Shown here: positions 38,465 to 47,248 of the stretch, one piece after another | How the letters are laid out: every line of letters starts with the position of its first letter | How positions within the stretch are numbered: the first letter of the stretch is position 1 | NCBI GenBank assembly: GCA_020353515.1 | Contig: CP070695.1 | Coordinates: 1,524,284-1,588,283, forward strand | Source: Candidatus Heimdallarchaeota archaeon | GTDB taxonomy: Archaea; Asgardarchaeota; Heimdallarchaeia; Hodarchaeales; Hodarchaeaceae | DNA length: 64,000 bases | Direction: 5' to 3' | Program-made: the position numbers and the translations under genes | Notes under the pieces: generated by a model | What the model saw: only the letters and a program-made list of their open reading frames with translations | Databases searched by the model: none | Told to the model about the DNA's origin: nothing

Positions 38465-40033
38465 ATGAAGCTGACTACTGACAACATTGTCCAAAAAATC
38501 ATGTACCAGACGAATTTCTCGAGAGAGGAAGTGTTACTTCAGATTAAAAACCTTGCAAAATCGCTAAAATATAGGAAGGAAGAGGGAAAAGTTGTTGTGG
38601 ACGAGGATCCGACAATCCCCAAGCTCCTCGCCCAAGAATGGAACGTGGATTTAGGTGATCCTTCTGATTACCTGTATACGGAACTCATCTTTGATAATTG
38701 GCCGTTGTTTGCCCGAATCATCCCGTTGACGACGGTAACAAAGGACAAAATTGTCAAAATACTCAAGACAATTGGGCCCGAACTAGAAGCACAACTCCAA
38801 CGGAAATCACGTAAGACTTACGGTTTAGAAAAGCACCATCCCTTTGGGAAAATTTTACTGTGGCAAAAAATCGTGGGGGATGATGTCTTTGTGAGGGATG
38901 GGATCTTATTTTACCTGAGACCTTATGTCGGAAGTTACGACGATGACGCCATTGATGATTCCCTTGTAAGTTATACATTTGAAGACATAATCACTCAAGC
39001 AGAACTGTATCGGACATTCACCGACTATAAGGTTGTTAAAACAGCTGATCCCCAAAAAACTTACATCCCATACTCACTGTTCGAGAAAATATACATTACA
39101 CCCCCTGAATGGATGGACCCAGATGAACGAAATCGTCATGGGTGTGTAAAGTTCCCTTACATCACTCTTGAAGCAGGGACGCCAGGAGTGGATACCCTTT
39201 TCTTTGTTAATTCAGCCACGAAGGAGATCGTCGGGATAGAAGCCCTACAAGACCATCCTACAATTCGGACGATTTGCATTGTAGATGGACATAACACCCT
39301 TGAAAAATTAGATTTCCCGCCAGACCTATCCCTCCCAAATCTTGAGCACCTGGAAATCCTTTATACCTCGCTCAGACACTCTCTAGATATCTCTTTCATA
39401 CAAAATTGCCCTAATTTAAGTACAATTATGTTAGAAATTTTGCCATATTCGCTTTCTCAATCTTCCACGCATGAGCTCATCATACCTCCATTAGTGAACC
39501 ATCAAAATTTAGAACAAATTAGTATAAGTGGGGGTTTCAAATCGATTATACTGACCCCTCCTTGGCATTGCCCAAATCTCCAAGAACTGTATCTTACTCA
39601 TAATTCCCTTAAAACAATAGACCTACGACCTCTTGAGAACTGTCCTAGTCTCCAAGTATTCATGCTAGATGATTTTCAAGCAAAAACCTTTAACTTAGAG
39701 CCATTCCGACACTGTCCTGATCTGGAAAAACTCAGTCTTTATGATAGCCAGATTGAAGAACTAGATCTTTCCCCCCTAAAACACTGTTTAAATTTACGCA
39801 GATTATTTCTATCACATAACCACTTGAAGAACATAGATTTTTCTCCTCTTAAAACCCATCCCTCTCTAGAGAAAGTGTATTTATCAGGGAACCAATTAGA
39901 AACCTTTGATCTTTCTCCTTTAATAGATTGCCCAAATCTTAGACTTGTGGATTTAACGAAAAACCCATTAACTAATCAGCCCTCACTTATGCTTACACAT
40001 TTCTATCAGAAGGATTTAGAAATTATTCTATAA
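38465..40033 (+). CDS. Leucine-rich repeat protein
   Basis: C-terminal repeats LxxLxLxxNxLxxIDLSPLxxCPNL. Confidence 0.85.
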   Translation: MKLTTDNIVQKIMYQTNFSREEVLLQIKNLAKSLKYRKEEGKVVVDEDPTIPKLLAQEWNVDLGDPSDYLYTELIFDNWPLFARIIPLTTVTKDKIVKILKTIGPELEAQLQRKSRKTYGLEKHHPFGKILLWQKIVGDDVFVRDGILFYLRPYVGSYDDDAIDDSLVSYTFEDIITQAELYRTFTDYKVVKTADPQKTYIPYSLFEKIYITPPEWMDPDERNRHGCVKFPYITLEAGTPGVDTLFFVNSATKEIVGIEALQDHPTIRTICIVDGHNTLEKLDFPPDLSLPNLEHLEILYTSLRHSLDISFIQNCPNLSTIMLEILPYSLSQSSTHELIIPPLVNHQNLEQISISGGFKSIILTPPWHCPNLQELYLTHNSLKTIDLRPLENCPSLQVFMLDDFQAKTFNLEPFRHCPDLEKLSLYDSQIEELDLSPLKHCLNLRRLFLSHNHLKNIDFSPLKTHPSLEKVYLSGNQLETFDLSPLIDCPNLRLVDLTKNPLTNQPSLMLTHFYQKDLEIIL

Positions 40034-40227
40034 AAGAGAGCGATTGCTCTCCAGTTTTTCCATTTACAACAGTACCGAGCCCTTAGGATTGTATTTCAAT
40101 TTGTGATTACTATGTGAATATATTGTAACCATTCATTGAACATAATTAATACTATCTCCCCTCTCCTGCCTTCGTCACTCGGTCATGGTCATTTTATAGT
40201 TAAAAGCGCTCCCACTTGGCCAATACT

Positions 40228-40235
40228 TTTATAAA
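40228..40235 (+). promoter_or_regulatory. TATA box of the tusA operon/leader
   Basis: TTTATAAA about 22 nt upstream of the first base of the long stem. Confidence 0.5.
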
Positions 40236-40256
40236 CTCACGCGCCCATTTGGTCAT

Positions 40257-40404
40257 TGGACAGCTTAGTCCTTAATTATGTCACCGCTTCCCTGTATGGG
40301 TGAGAAACAACTATTACGTTGATTCTTTCGCATCTCGGACAATCTTTCACTCAGGGGATTAAGCTGTTCACGCGCGTCTTTTCATCTCTTGATGATGAAA
40401 GACG
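40257..40404 (+). ncRNA. Candidate structured 5' leader / cis-regulatory RNA
   Basis: 17-bp stem 40257-40273/40354-40370 (13 Watson-Crick + 4 G-U pairs), internal helices, second hairpin 40375-40404. Confidence 0.6.
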
Positions 40405-40440
40405 ATAGTTACATTTCACGATAGATAGGAAGAATAGAAA

Positions 40441-40677
40441 ATGACTGAAGTACATCAAACATTAGATGCACGGAATTTGTCTTGTCCTATGCCTGTTTTA
40501 AAATCGAAAAAGGCATTGAAAGCCTTGGAAATTAACCAAGTGCTAGAAATTTTAGCTACTGATCCTGGGAGTATGGCGGACATTCCAGCCTGGACTCGTA
40601 CCACAGGTCAGGAACTCATTGCCGCGGAAGAGCGCGGGCCCAAAGATTATCGGTTTCTCGTTAAAAGACTGAATTAA
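40441..40677 (+). CDS. tusA: Sulfur carrier TusA
   Basis: LDARNLSCPMP, ATDPGSMADI. Confidence 0.92.
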   Translation: MTEVHQTLDARNLSCPMPVLKSKKALKALEINQVLEILATDPGSMADIPAWTRTTGQELIAAEERGPKDYRFLVKRLN

Positions 40678-40695
40678 AAATAAAATGGTGATATT

Positions 40696-41205
40696 ATGAC
40701 AGAATCTATTTCCCAAAGTGTTACTCTTCCAAGTGAAGAGAGACCCAAACGTATGGCAATTATTGCCTCTAAAGGTACTCTTGATGCAGCTTATCCTCCT
40801 GTGATTCTAGCATCAACAGCAGCAGCCATGGATATGGAAGTTGCAATTTTTTTCACATTCTATGGTTTTGACCTAATCCACAAGAAGCGTAGTAAAAAAC
40901 TGAAAGTTAGCCCCATTGCTAATCCTGCAGCTCCAATGCCTGTCCCAAATATCGTTGGAATGATTCCTGGGATGACTGGGATGGCTACTTGGATGATGAA
41001 GCGTTGGATGAAGAATGCCAACGTAGCCAAGTTTGAAGAATTACGAGAAGCGTGCATTGAAAGTGGAGTCAGAATGATTGCGTGTCAAATGACTATGGAT
41101 GTCATGGGCATCAAAGAATCCGACATTATTGATGGTGTCGAGACTGGTGGTGCCGCAGCATTCTTGGAATTCGCCAAAGACGCTGACATAACATTATTTA
41201 TGTAA
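40696..41205 (+). CDS. DsrE/DsrF/DrsH-like (DsrE2) protein
   Basis: SKGTLD.AYPP, FFTFYG, IACQMTMDVMG. Confidence 0.9.
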   Translation: MTESISQSVTLPSEERPKRMAIIASKGTLDAAYPPVILASTAAAMDMEVAIFFTFYGFDLIHKKRSKKLKVSPIANPAAPMPVPNIVGMIPGMTGMATWMMKRWMKNANVAKFEELREACIESGVRMIACQMTMDVMGIKESDIIDGVETGGAAAFLEFAKDADITLFM

Positions 41206-41242
41206 ATCTCCCCCCTCTCTTTTTATTCGTGAAGGAATTTGT

Positions 41243-41653
41243 ATGTCTAAACTCGTGATAGTATGCGATTCTGGAGCAACCGAGAAGCTTCAAACAGCTG
41301 CGTTGGTCGCTTCTGGTGCGATAACAAGTGATTACGAGGTGTTCATCTTCTTCATGCATGATGCTGTTTATGCCTTGAAAAAAGATGCTCCCCCTGAACC
41401 TGATGTTGCTAGTGTGTTTCCAGAAGTGTCAGATAAGATTAATCAAGCACGACAAGAGGGTAAACTGATTCATTGGAAGGAATTGTTGGAAGATCTCAAG
41501 GATCTCGGTGACCTTCGAATTACCGCTTGTGTACAAATCACTGAAATATTGGGGTTGGAGAAAGAAGATCTTTTACCTTTCGTGGATGATGTTGCTGGGG
41601 TAAATACCTTAGCAGAGGAAGCCATGAAAGCTGATCAAGTTATTACGATTTAA
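41243..41653 (+). CDS. DsrE-family protein
   Basis: VFIFFMHDAV, ITAC, DDVAGV. Confidence 0.8.
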   Translation: MSKLVIVCDSGATEKLQTAALVASGAITSDYEVFIFFMHDAVYALKKDAPPEPDVASVFPEVSDKINQARQEGKLIHWKELLEDLKDLGDLRITACVQITEILGLEKEDLLPFVDDVAGVNTLAEEAMKADQVITI

Positions 41654-41655
41654 AG

Positions 41656-41907
41656 GTGAAAAATATGAATCAAGAAATTATTGCTGATCAAGTAATTGAT
41701 GCTCGTGGAAGTTACTGTCCTGGTCCTTTAATGGAATTGATCAAAGCGATCAAGAAAGGCGAGGTCGGCAAAATCTACGAAGTATGGAGTAAAGATGCTG
41801 GTTCCATTCGGGACATTCCCAAATGGGTAACTAAAGCCAAACATGAGATGGTTGGAATTTTTGAAGAAAACGGCCATACTCGCTTTGTTGTCAAAAAAGT
41901 ACGATGA
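41656..41907 (+). CDS. tusA: Second TusA-family sulfur carrier
   Basis: IDARGSYCPGPLMEL, DAGSIRDIPKW. Confidence 0.88.
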   Translation: MKNMNQEIIADQVIDARGSYCPGPLMELIKAIKKGEVGKIYEVWSKDAGSIRDIPKWVTKAKHEMVGIFEENGHTRFVVKKVR

Positions 41908-41938
41908 ATGCCCTTACTGTGTTACAGGAGATTTTAAT

Positions 41939-43093
41939 ATGAGTTTAACTGATAAGAAACCCCACATAGTCATTCTCGGTGGTGGTACTGGAGGCGTCAT
42001 CGTTGCTAATCTTTTAGGTCGAAAAGCCAAAAAGCTGGCTAAAATTACCCTTGTGTCTAAGAAAGAGAATGTTTTTTATGAGCCAGATCTGATTTATCGG
42101 ATTTTCGATAAAAAAGAAACGAAGAAACAATATAGACCATTGCGTAACGTTGTCAACAAAAATGTTTCAATTCTTACTGAAGAAGTGGTTCATTTAGATC
42201 CAAAGAATCAAGTCGTCCAATTCAAAAGTGGCAATGACATTTCTTATGATTGGTTAGTTATCGCTACGGGTGCTCATTATGATTATGACAGTGTTCCTGG
42301 TTATGCTGGTGAAGCTCATCACTTTTACAGCGAGGAAGCAGCCCTAAAATTACGAGATGCCTTAGAAAATTTCAAAGGTGGAGATATAGTCACTGGTGTT
42401 GCAGATTTACCTTACAAATGTCCTATTGCACCGATTGAAGTCACATTCATGTTATATCACTATTTCAAACGTCGAAAAATGCTAGAACAAGTCAATCTCC
42501 ATTACCTAAGCCCACTTGGAGGAGCTTTTTCAATCGAGCAAGCTTCTGAAAAATTCGAGAAACAATTCGAGAAAAAAGGGATTGAACTTCATGAATTCTT
42601 CAACACTGAGGAAATTTTTTCAGAGAAGAAGGTTGTATCTTCTCTAGAAGGTGAAGAAGTTAATTATGATCTGTTAATACTCGTTCCTCCACACAAGGGA
42701 GCAACCTACATTGATGATCGTGAATTGGCAAATGCCGAGGGTTGGATTCTTGTCGACCAAGAACGGATGCAATCAACAGCTTATCCAAATGTTTTTGCTG
42801 TAGGTGACACTACAGAGTTACCAATATCTAAAGCTGGTTCTACTGCTCATTATCAGGCAAAAATTGCCGCTAAGAACATCCTAAGATTGATTAAAGAAGG
42901 AAAGCTGAATGCTAAATATAATGGACATGCTCAGTGTTTTGTGATGATGGGATTAACTTCAGCCATGGTGTTAGATTTCACGTACACCCGTCCTCCTCTC
43001 CGTATAGGATACATTCCAAATAGATTATTTTACTACATCAAAAAATATTTCAGCCGTTTCTTTTTCCGTGGAGTTCTCAGTGGTAGAGTTTAA
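41939..43093 (+). CDS. Sulfide:quinone oxidoreductase-like flavoprotein
   Basis: GGGTGG, YKCPIAP.E, VFAVGD, SKAGS, YNGHAQC; start re-called at ATG 41939 after GGAG. Confidence 0.85.
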   Translation: MSLTDKKPHIVILGGGTGGVIVANLLGRKAKKLAKITLVSKKENVFYEPDLIYRIFDKKETKKQYRPLRNVVNKNVSILTEEVVHLDPKNQVVQFKSGNDISYDWLVIATGAHYDYDSVPGYAGEAHHFYSEEAALKLRDALENFKGGDIVTGVADLPYKCPIAPIEVTFMLYHYFKRRKMLEQVNLHYLSPLGGAFSIEQASEKFEKQFEKKGIELHEFFNTEEIFSEKKVVSSLEGEEVNYDLLILVPPHKGATYIDDRELANAEGWILVDQERMQSTAYPNVFAVGDTTELPISKAGSTAHYQAKIAAKNILRLIKEGKLNAKYNGHAQCFVMMGLTSAMVLDFTYTRPPLRIGYIPNRLFYYIKKYFSRFFFRGVLSGRV

Positions 43094-43104
43094 ATATCAA
43101 TACT

Positions 43105-43686
43105 ATGTCAAATAGCAAGGTTAGATTCTTAATGTTGGATGAAAAAGACAAAGAGATTATTGATCACTTTCAGAAAAATCCTCGAGACTCATTCACTCAA
43201 GCTGCTAAAGAACTTGGTATGGCCAAGGGGACAGTGAAGAGACGATATGACAATCTAGTTGAAAAAAGACTGATTTCTGAAGGGATTGGATTAAACCTCT
43301 CCCAATTGAAATTCAGTCATGCTTTGTCTTTTATTGAAATCACAGATCCAGATACTGAGAAAGCAATCCTTGATTATTTCTATGAGTGTCCCCTTGTTAC
43401 AGCCATTTTTTCCCTCTCTGGTTTCGAGTACAATATTGTAGTCTGTCTTGTTGCCGATACCCGAGAAAAAATCACCACATTTATCGACACATTCCCCCTC
43501 AGTCATCTTCCAGGAGTTAAACGTAGGAATAGCTTTTTTGTCAAGGAGTCAGAAGGTTTTTCAGAGAAACCTTTTTGGCTTTTCTTTCCCAATGGTTCTA
43601 AAAAAATATTCAAACAATACGATTGTCAAGACAAGTGTGGTGCTTGTGGGGTTATCGAACGGATCACTGAAAAAGCCGAACCTTAA
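43105..43686 (+). CDS. Lrp/AsnC regulator with C-terminal Cys cluster
   Basis: LDEKDKEII...NPR, GTVKRR; C-terminal CQDKCGAC. Confidence 0.8.
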   Translation: MSNSKVRFLMLDEKDKEIIDHFQKNPRDSFTQAAKELGMAKGTVKRRYDNLVEKRLISEGIGLNLSQLKFSHALSFIEITDPDTEKAILDYFYECPLVTAIFSLSGFEYNIVVCLVADTREKITTFIDTFPLSHLPGVKRRNSFFVKESEGFSEKPFWLFFPNGSKKIFKQYDCQDKCGACGVIERITEKAEP

Positions 43687-44059
43687 CTTTTTTCCCATAT
43701 TTCCTTTTTAAAACAAGAGGAAAATCCCTTTATTTACACTTGGTTAATGATTTTTTTTTATTTGAGAATTCTGAACAAGAAGGATGATTGTGTGCATGAA
43801 TCTTGTATTATAACATTCTTCTGAAATCTTGTTAATAGTGTCATGAATAGACTTCCATCCACCGCCCTTGTCTTTAAAAGTATCAAGAATAAATTACTTT
43901 GTACTTAGAGTTTCACTAAAATCATAACAATTGTTTAAAAAGTCGTATATACACTTTAATAGTTAGAAATTAGAACGTTAGCAAAACACCTTGCGCTAAG
44001 TATCGGATTTTCTGTTTAATAAGAAGTGTTGTGAGGACAAAATTAAAGTGTGAGGATAA

Positions 44060-44557
44060 ATGACAGAGTCAAACGAAGTCCTAGAAGAATTTAGAGAACT
44101 TTTTGAGATTATTAAGCTGTGTTATCAATGTGGAACATGTGCAGGTGGCTGTCCTGTCTTTAGACAATACACAGAGTTTAATCCTCGGAGAATCATGGAA
44201 AAAATACTCTTAGGCGAGTACAACGAACAGTTAATTGATGAACAACAGATTTGGTACTGTTCGATGTGTTATACTTGTAGTACTCGGTGTCCACAAGGGA
44301 TAGATATCGGCCATGTCATTACAGAAATAAAAAATCTCGCTGTCAAATTAAAAAACACTCCTCCTGGCATCGTCGCTGAGATGGAGGCAATTCTAGAAAC
44401 AGGAAGTACAGCCGCTATTTCTCAATCCATTTTAAAACGGCGAGAAAAATTAGCATTACCTGAGTTACCTAAAGCTAATCTAGATGAAATTCAGAAGCTT
44501 CTCGAGGTAACAGGCGTCGTTGAAAGCCTTAACCAATTGAAGGAGGTTTCTACTTAA
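44060..44557 (+). CDS. hdrC: Heterodisulfide reductase subunit C
   Basis: CYQCGTCAGGCP, WYCSMCYTCSTRCPQG. Confidence 0.92.
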   Translation: MTESNEVLEEFRELFEIIKLCYQCGTCAGGCPVFRQYTEFNPRRIMEKILLGEYNEQLIDEQQIWYCSMCYTCSTRCPQGIDIGHVITEIKNLAVKLKNTPPGIVAEMEAILETGSTAAISQSILKRREKLALPELPKANLDEIQKLLEVTGVVESLNQLKEVST

Positions 44558-45429
44558 TGGAAAAATTTGCTTTTTTCGTTGGTTGCACAATTCCGTATAG
44601 GATCCCCTTTGTTGAGACCACTCTTCGGAGGACACTCCCCGAATTTGACATAGAACTTGTCGATTTACCTTTTGCTTGCTGCCCAGATCCTGGTGGGGCA
44701 CAAGGTTTTGATAGTATAGCATGGCATACCTTAGCAGCACGTAATCTATGTCTTGCAGAGGAACAGGATCTTAATATTATTACAGCATGCAGCGGATGTT
44801 TCGAAACACTAAAAGTGGTTAATACTCATTTGAAAAAGGATTCAGCACTAAAAGGACGGGTAAATGAGTATCTAAAGGAAGTTAATCGCGAGTTTAAAGG
44901 GTCAATAGAGGTGAAACATTTTGCTGAAGTCCTTTACGACGACGTAGGCATTGATAAAATCGCAGCCAAAGTCACCAATCCTCTTACGGAATTAAAACTA
45001 GCAACTCACACTGGTTGCCACTTTCTTAAACCCCCAGAAATCTTACAAACAGATAATCCCGAGAGACCAACTAAACTAGATGAATTGGTAGAAGCTTTAG
45101 GTGCCCAGTCTGTTCCTTATTTGAATAAACTCGCGTGTTGTGGCGCTGGAACACGGGGTGTGAATGAAGATACAGCCTATGCTATGGCCCATGAAAAAAT
45201 AGTGGGAGCTGAACGAGCAAAAGTAGATGCCCTTGTTACAGTGTGTCCAACCTGTTTTCAACAATATGATGTTGGCCAAAGGTTAATGGCTAAGCAGTTT
45301 GAAAAAACCAATCTTCCAGTATTTGTGTATCCTGAATTGCTAGGATTGAGTATGGGTATGGATTTCAGTACTGGTTTTAAAATGCATTCTATTAAAGTTA
45401 CCCCAATCCTAGAAATGATAACAGGCTGA
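44557..45429 (+). CDS. hdrB: Heterodisulfide reductase subunit B
   Basis: FVGC, ACCP, ARNL, TACSGC, HTGCH, CCGAG, VCPTC..QYD. Confidence 0.92.
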   Translation: MEKFAFFVGCTIPYRIPFVETTLRRTLPEFDIELVDLPFACCPDPGGAQGFDSIAWHTLAARNLCLAEEQDLNIITACSGCFETLKVVNTHLKKDSALKGRVNEYLKEVNREFKGSIEVKHFAEVLYDDVGIDKIAAKVTNPLTELKLATHTGCHFLKPPEILQTDNPERPTKLDELVEALGAQSVPYLNKLACCGAGTRGVNEDTAYAMAHEKIVGAERAKVDALVTVCPTCFQQYDVGQRLMAKQFEKTNLPVFVYPELLGLSMGMDFSTGFKMHSIKVTPILEMITG

Positions 45430-45456
45430 GATTAGCCAGACAATTGATAAATTTCA

Positions 45457-45485
45457 TGGGTTTCGTACCCAATTTCCTTTTTTTC
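45457..45485 (+). terminator. Hairpin plus T-run after hdrB
   Basis: TGGGT-ttcgt-ACCCA followed by atttccttttttt. Confidence 0.5.
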
Positions 45486-45531
45486 ACTAGATCAGGAATC
45501 TTTCTGGAAAAATTAGATTAGTTGGCCTTCA

Positions 45532-45942
45532 ATGTCAAAAAGAACTGTGTTTGAAATAGGATTAATGCATGATGGATTCTCTGTTATCCGAAGACAATTT
45601 TTTGAGTCTGCAGATTTATATCGAAACCCCATTCTTGTTGGTGAACTTCTATCAGCCATCCAACGTTTCTCCACGACATCTTATTCTAAAATCCCTGAAG
45701 TGTTTCAAATAGAGGGATTCACTACCAGTCTGTACCGATTCGAATGTGGAGGAGAAGAGAATTCTTATCTTCTTTATGCAATTTATCAAGCAAACACAGA
45801 ATATATACGAAAAACACTTATGAGACTAGCGATAGAATTAAAAACTTACGATACTATTCTCCTACATTGGAACATAGACACTGAAAGCTTAAGAAATCTC
45901 TATCCGATTTTTGATGAACTATTTCTCCCATTCAACAGGTGA
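45532..45942 (+). CDS. Putative longin-domain protein
   Basis: beta-beta-alpha pattern (IGLMHDGFSV...LVGELLSAIQRFS...LLYAI) recalled from Asgard longin-like proteins. Confidence 0.5.
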   Translation: MSKRTVFEIGLMHDGFSVIRRQFFESADLYRNPILVGELLSAIQRFSTTSYSKIPEVFQIEGFTTSLYRFECGGEENSYLLYAIYQANTEYIRKTLMRLAIELKTYDTILLHWNIDTESLRNLYPIFDELFLPFNR

Positions 45943-46059
45943 GAAATCTCCTAAGTTACATTTATAGTAAACTAAACGAACAAAAGTCGCATTATCTTAT
46001 CAAATAATCATTGAAATTATCATTCTCAAAATATATCCTGAAGGGGAGGCTCCTTAAAG

Positions 46060-46079
46060 TTTTGTGCAAATGCACAAAA
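46060..46079. promoter_or_regulatory. Perfect 9-2-9 palindromic operator next to TATA box
   Basis: TTTTGTGCA-AA-TGCACAAAA, then TATATATAA, then a second half-site TTTTGTGCA (46092-46100). Confidence 0.7.
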
Positions 46080-46119
46080 TATATATAATAGTTTTGTGCA
46101 ATAGCTCATAGGTGATATA

Positions 46120-46476
46120 ATGCCTAGAGGAGATAAAACTGGACCAAGAGGTCTTGGAACGAAAACTGGCCGAGGTTTAGGATATTGTAGTGGATATTCT
46201 TCTCCTGGATATACCAAAGGTCCAGGTATGGGCATGGCTTGGGGAGGAGGTCGGGGTCATGGACGGATAAGAGGAGGAGGTTGGGGGCGCGATCCTAATT
46301 TCATGCCACATCCCATTCAATATACAGGAGTTGTTCCTCCATATCCAATAAGCCCTGATAGACTTGACCCAGAGGAAGAGTCAAAATATCTAGAACAGAC
46401 ACTGACCAATCTAAAAAATGAGATTAAATATATAGAGAATAGATTAGAAGAATTGGCTAGCGAAGAGAAAGAATAG
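46120..46476 (+). CDS. DUF5320 family protein
   Basis: MPRGDKTGPRG.G..TGRGLGYC, Gly/Arg-rich middle, C-terminal coiled coil. Confidence 0.9.
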   Translation: MPRGDKTGPRGLGTKTGRGLGYCSGYSSPGYTKGPGMGMAWGGGRGHGRIRGGGWGRDPNFMPHPIQYTGVVPPYPISPDRLDPEEESKYLEQTLTNLKNEIKYIENRLEELASEEKE

Positions 46477-46559
46477 TTACTTCTTCATAGCTAATTCTTA
46501 CTCCTTTTTACTGATTACGTCGTAAAAGTAGGCTTTGACGACCTATTATGAAAGATTTT

Positions 46560-47120
46560 CTAAGCAGCATCACGGAATATTTCGTGGTAGAGGGCTTTAC
46601 CAATCTGGAAGGTTCGAATATTATTCTCGCTATTTCGCATATTATTGAAAACTTGGATGTACTGATCCTCTGTTAGGTCAATGGCCTTTTTCTTTTTCAG
46701 ATGTTCAGAGAGGAATCCTAGAGAAAGAATGTTGACAGCTCCAGTCACTTTGTTCTCATCAGCTCGTTTAGTAATGGGAACTCGATGAAACGGGGTCTTG
46801 ATAATTTTTTCAGCTGTTTCATCAATTGAGTCAGAATCGATAAAACAGGTTGTTGTATCACTCACACATTCTGTAGCTCGTTCGAATCCTTTTTGGTCAA
46901 TTGCAACAAAAAAATCGGCGTCTGCATCACAATATGGATAAGCAATTGGTTCAGTGCTTAGGACAACATCACAAAAGATGGGTCCACCACGAACTGAAGG
47001 GGTATAATCAACAGAGAGCGTAGCGTGGTATTTGGCAACCATAGCAACTCGGACCAATGCGCTTCCTAAAAATTTAATACCCTGCCCACCACGTCCACTG
47101 AATCGGAATTTTACCTTCAT
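46560..47120 (-). CDS. 2-oxoacid:acceptor oxidoreductase gamma subunit (orphan)
   Basis: FSGRGGQGI, YTPSVRGG, NILSLG. Confidence 0.85.
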   Translation of the reverse strand: MKVKFRFSGRGGQGIKFLGSALVRVAMVAKYHATLSVDYTPSVRGGPIFCDVVLSTEPIAYPYCDADADFFVAIDQKGFERATECVSDTTTCFIDSDSIDETAEKIIKTPFHRVPITKRADENKVTGAVNILSLGFLSEHLKKKKAIDLTEDQYIQVFNNMRNSENNIRTFQIGKALYHEIFRDAA

Positions 47121-47248
47121 GATTTTATCCCTTATTAATTTTCTGGATTTTTAAAAGGGATAATTCTCCCTCCCTACTTAAATATTTTGGGGATTGAACT
47201 AGACACGAATAGTTATTTGTAGGATACAAAGTGAAATTGAGAGGGAGT

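Noticed and set aside
40392-40448. C/D box sRNA (ATGATGA ... CTGA)
   Set aside because: No convincing D'/C' boxes; the C-like box lies inside a hairpin and the D box is in the tusA coding start
41843-41938. N-terminal extension of the SQR-like ORF in the track
   Set aside because: It overlaps tusA; ATG 41939 has an SD and precedes the FAD motif at the normal distance
43926-43935. AACAATTGTT palindrome, also near 53353
   Set aside because: It also occurs inside a coding region (near 2498) and is expected by chance in AT-rich DNA
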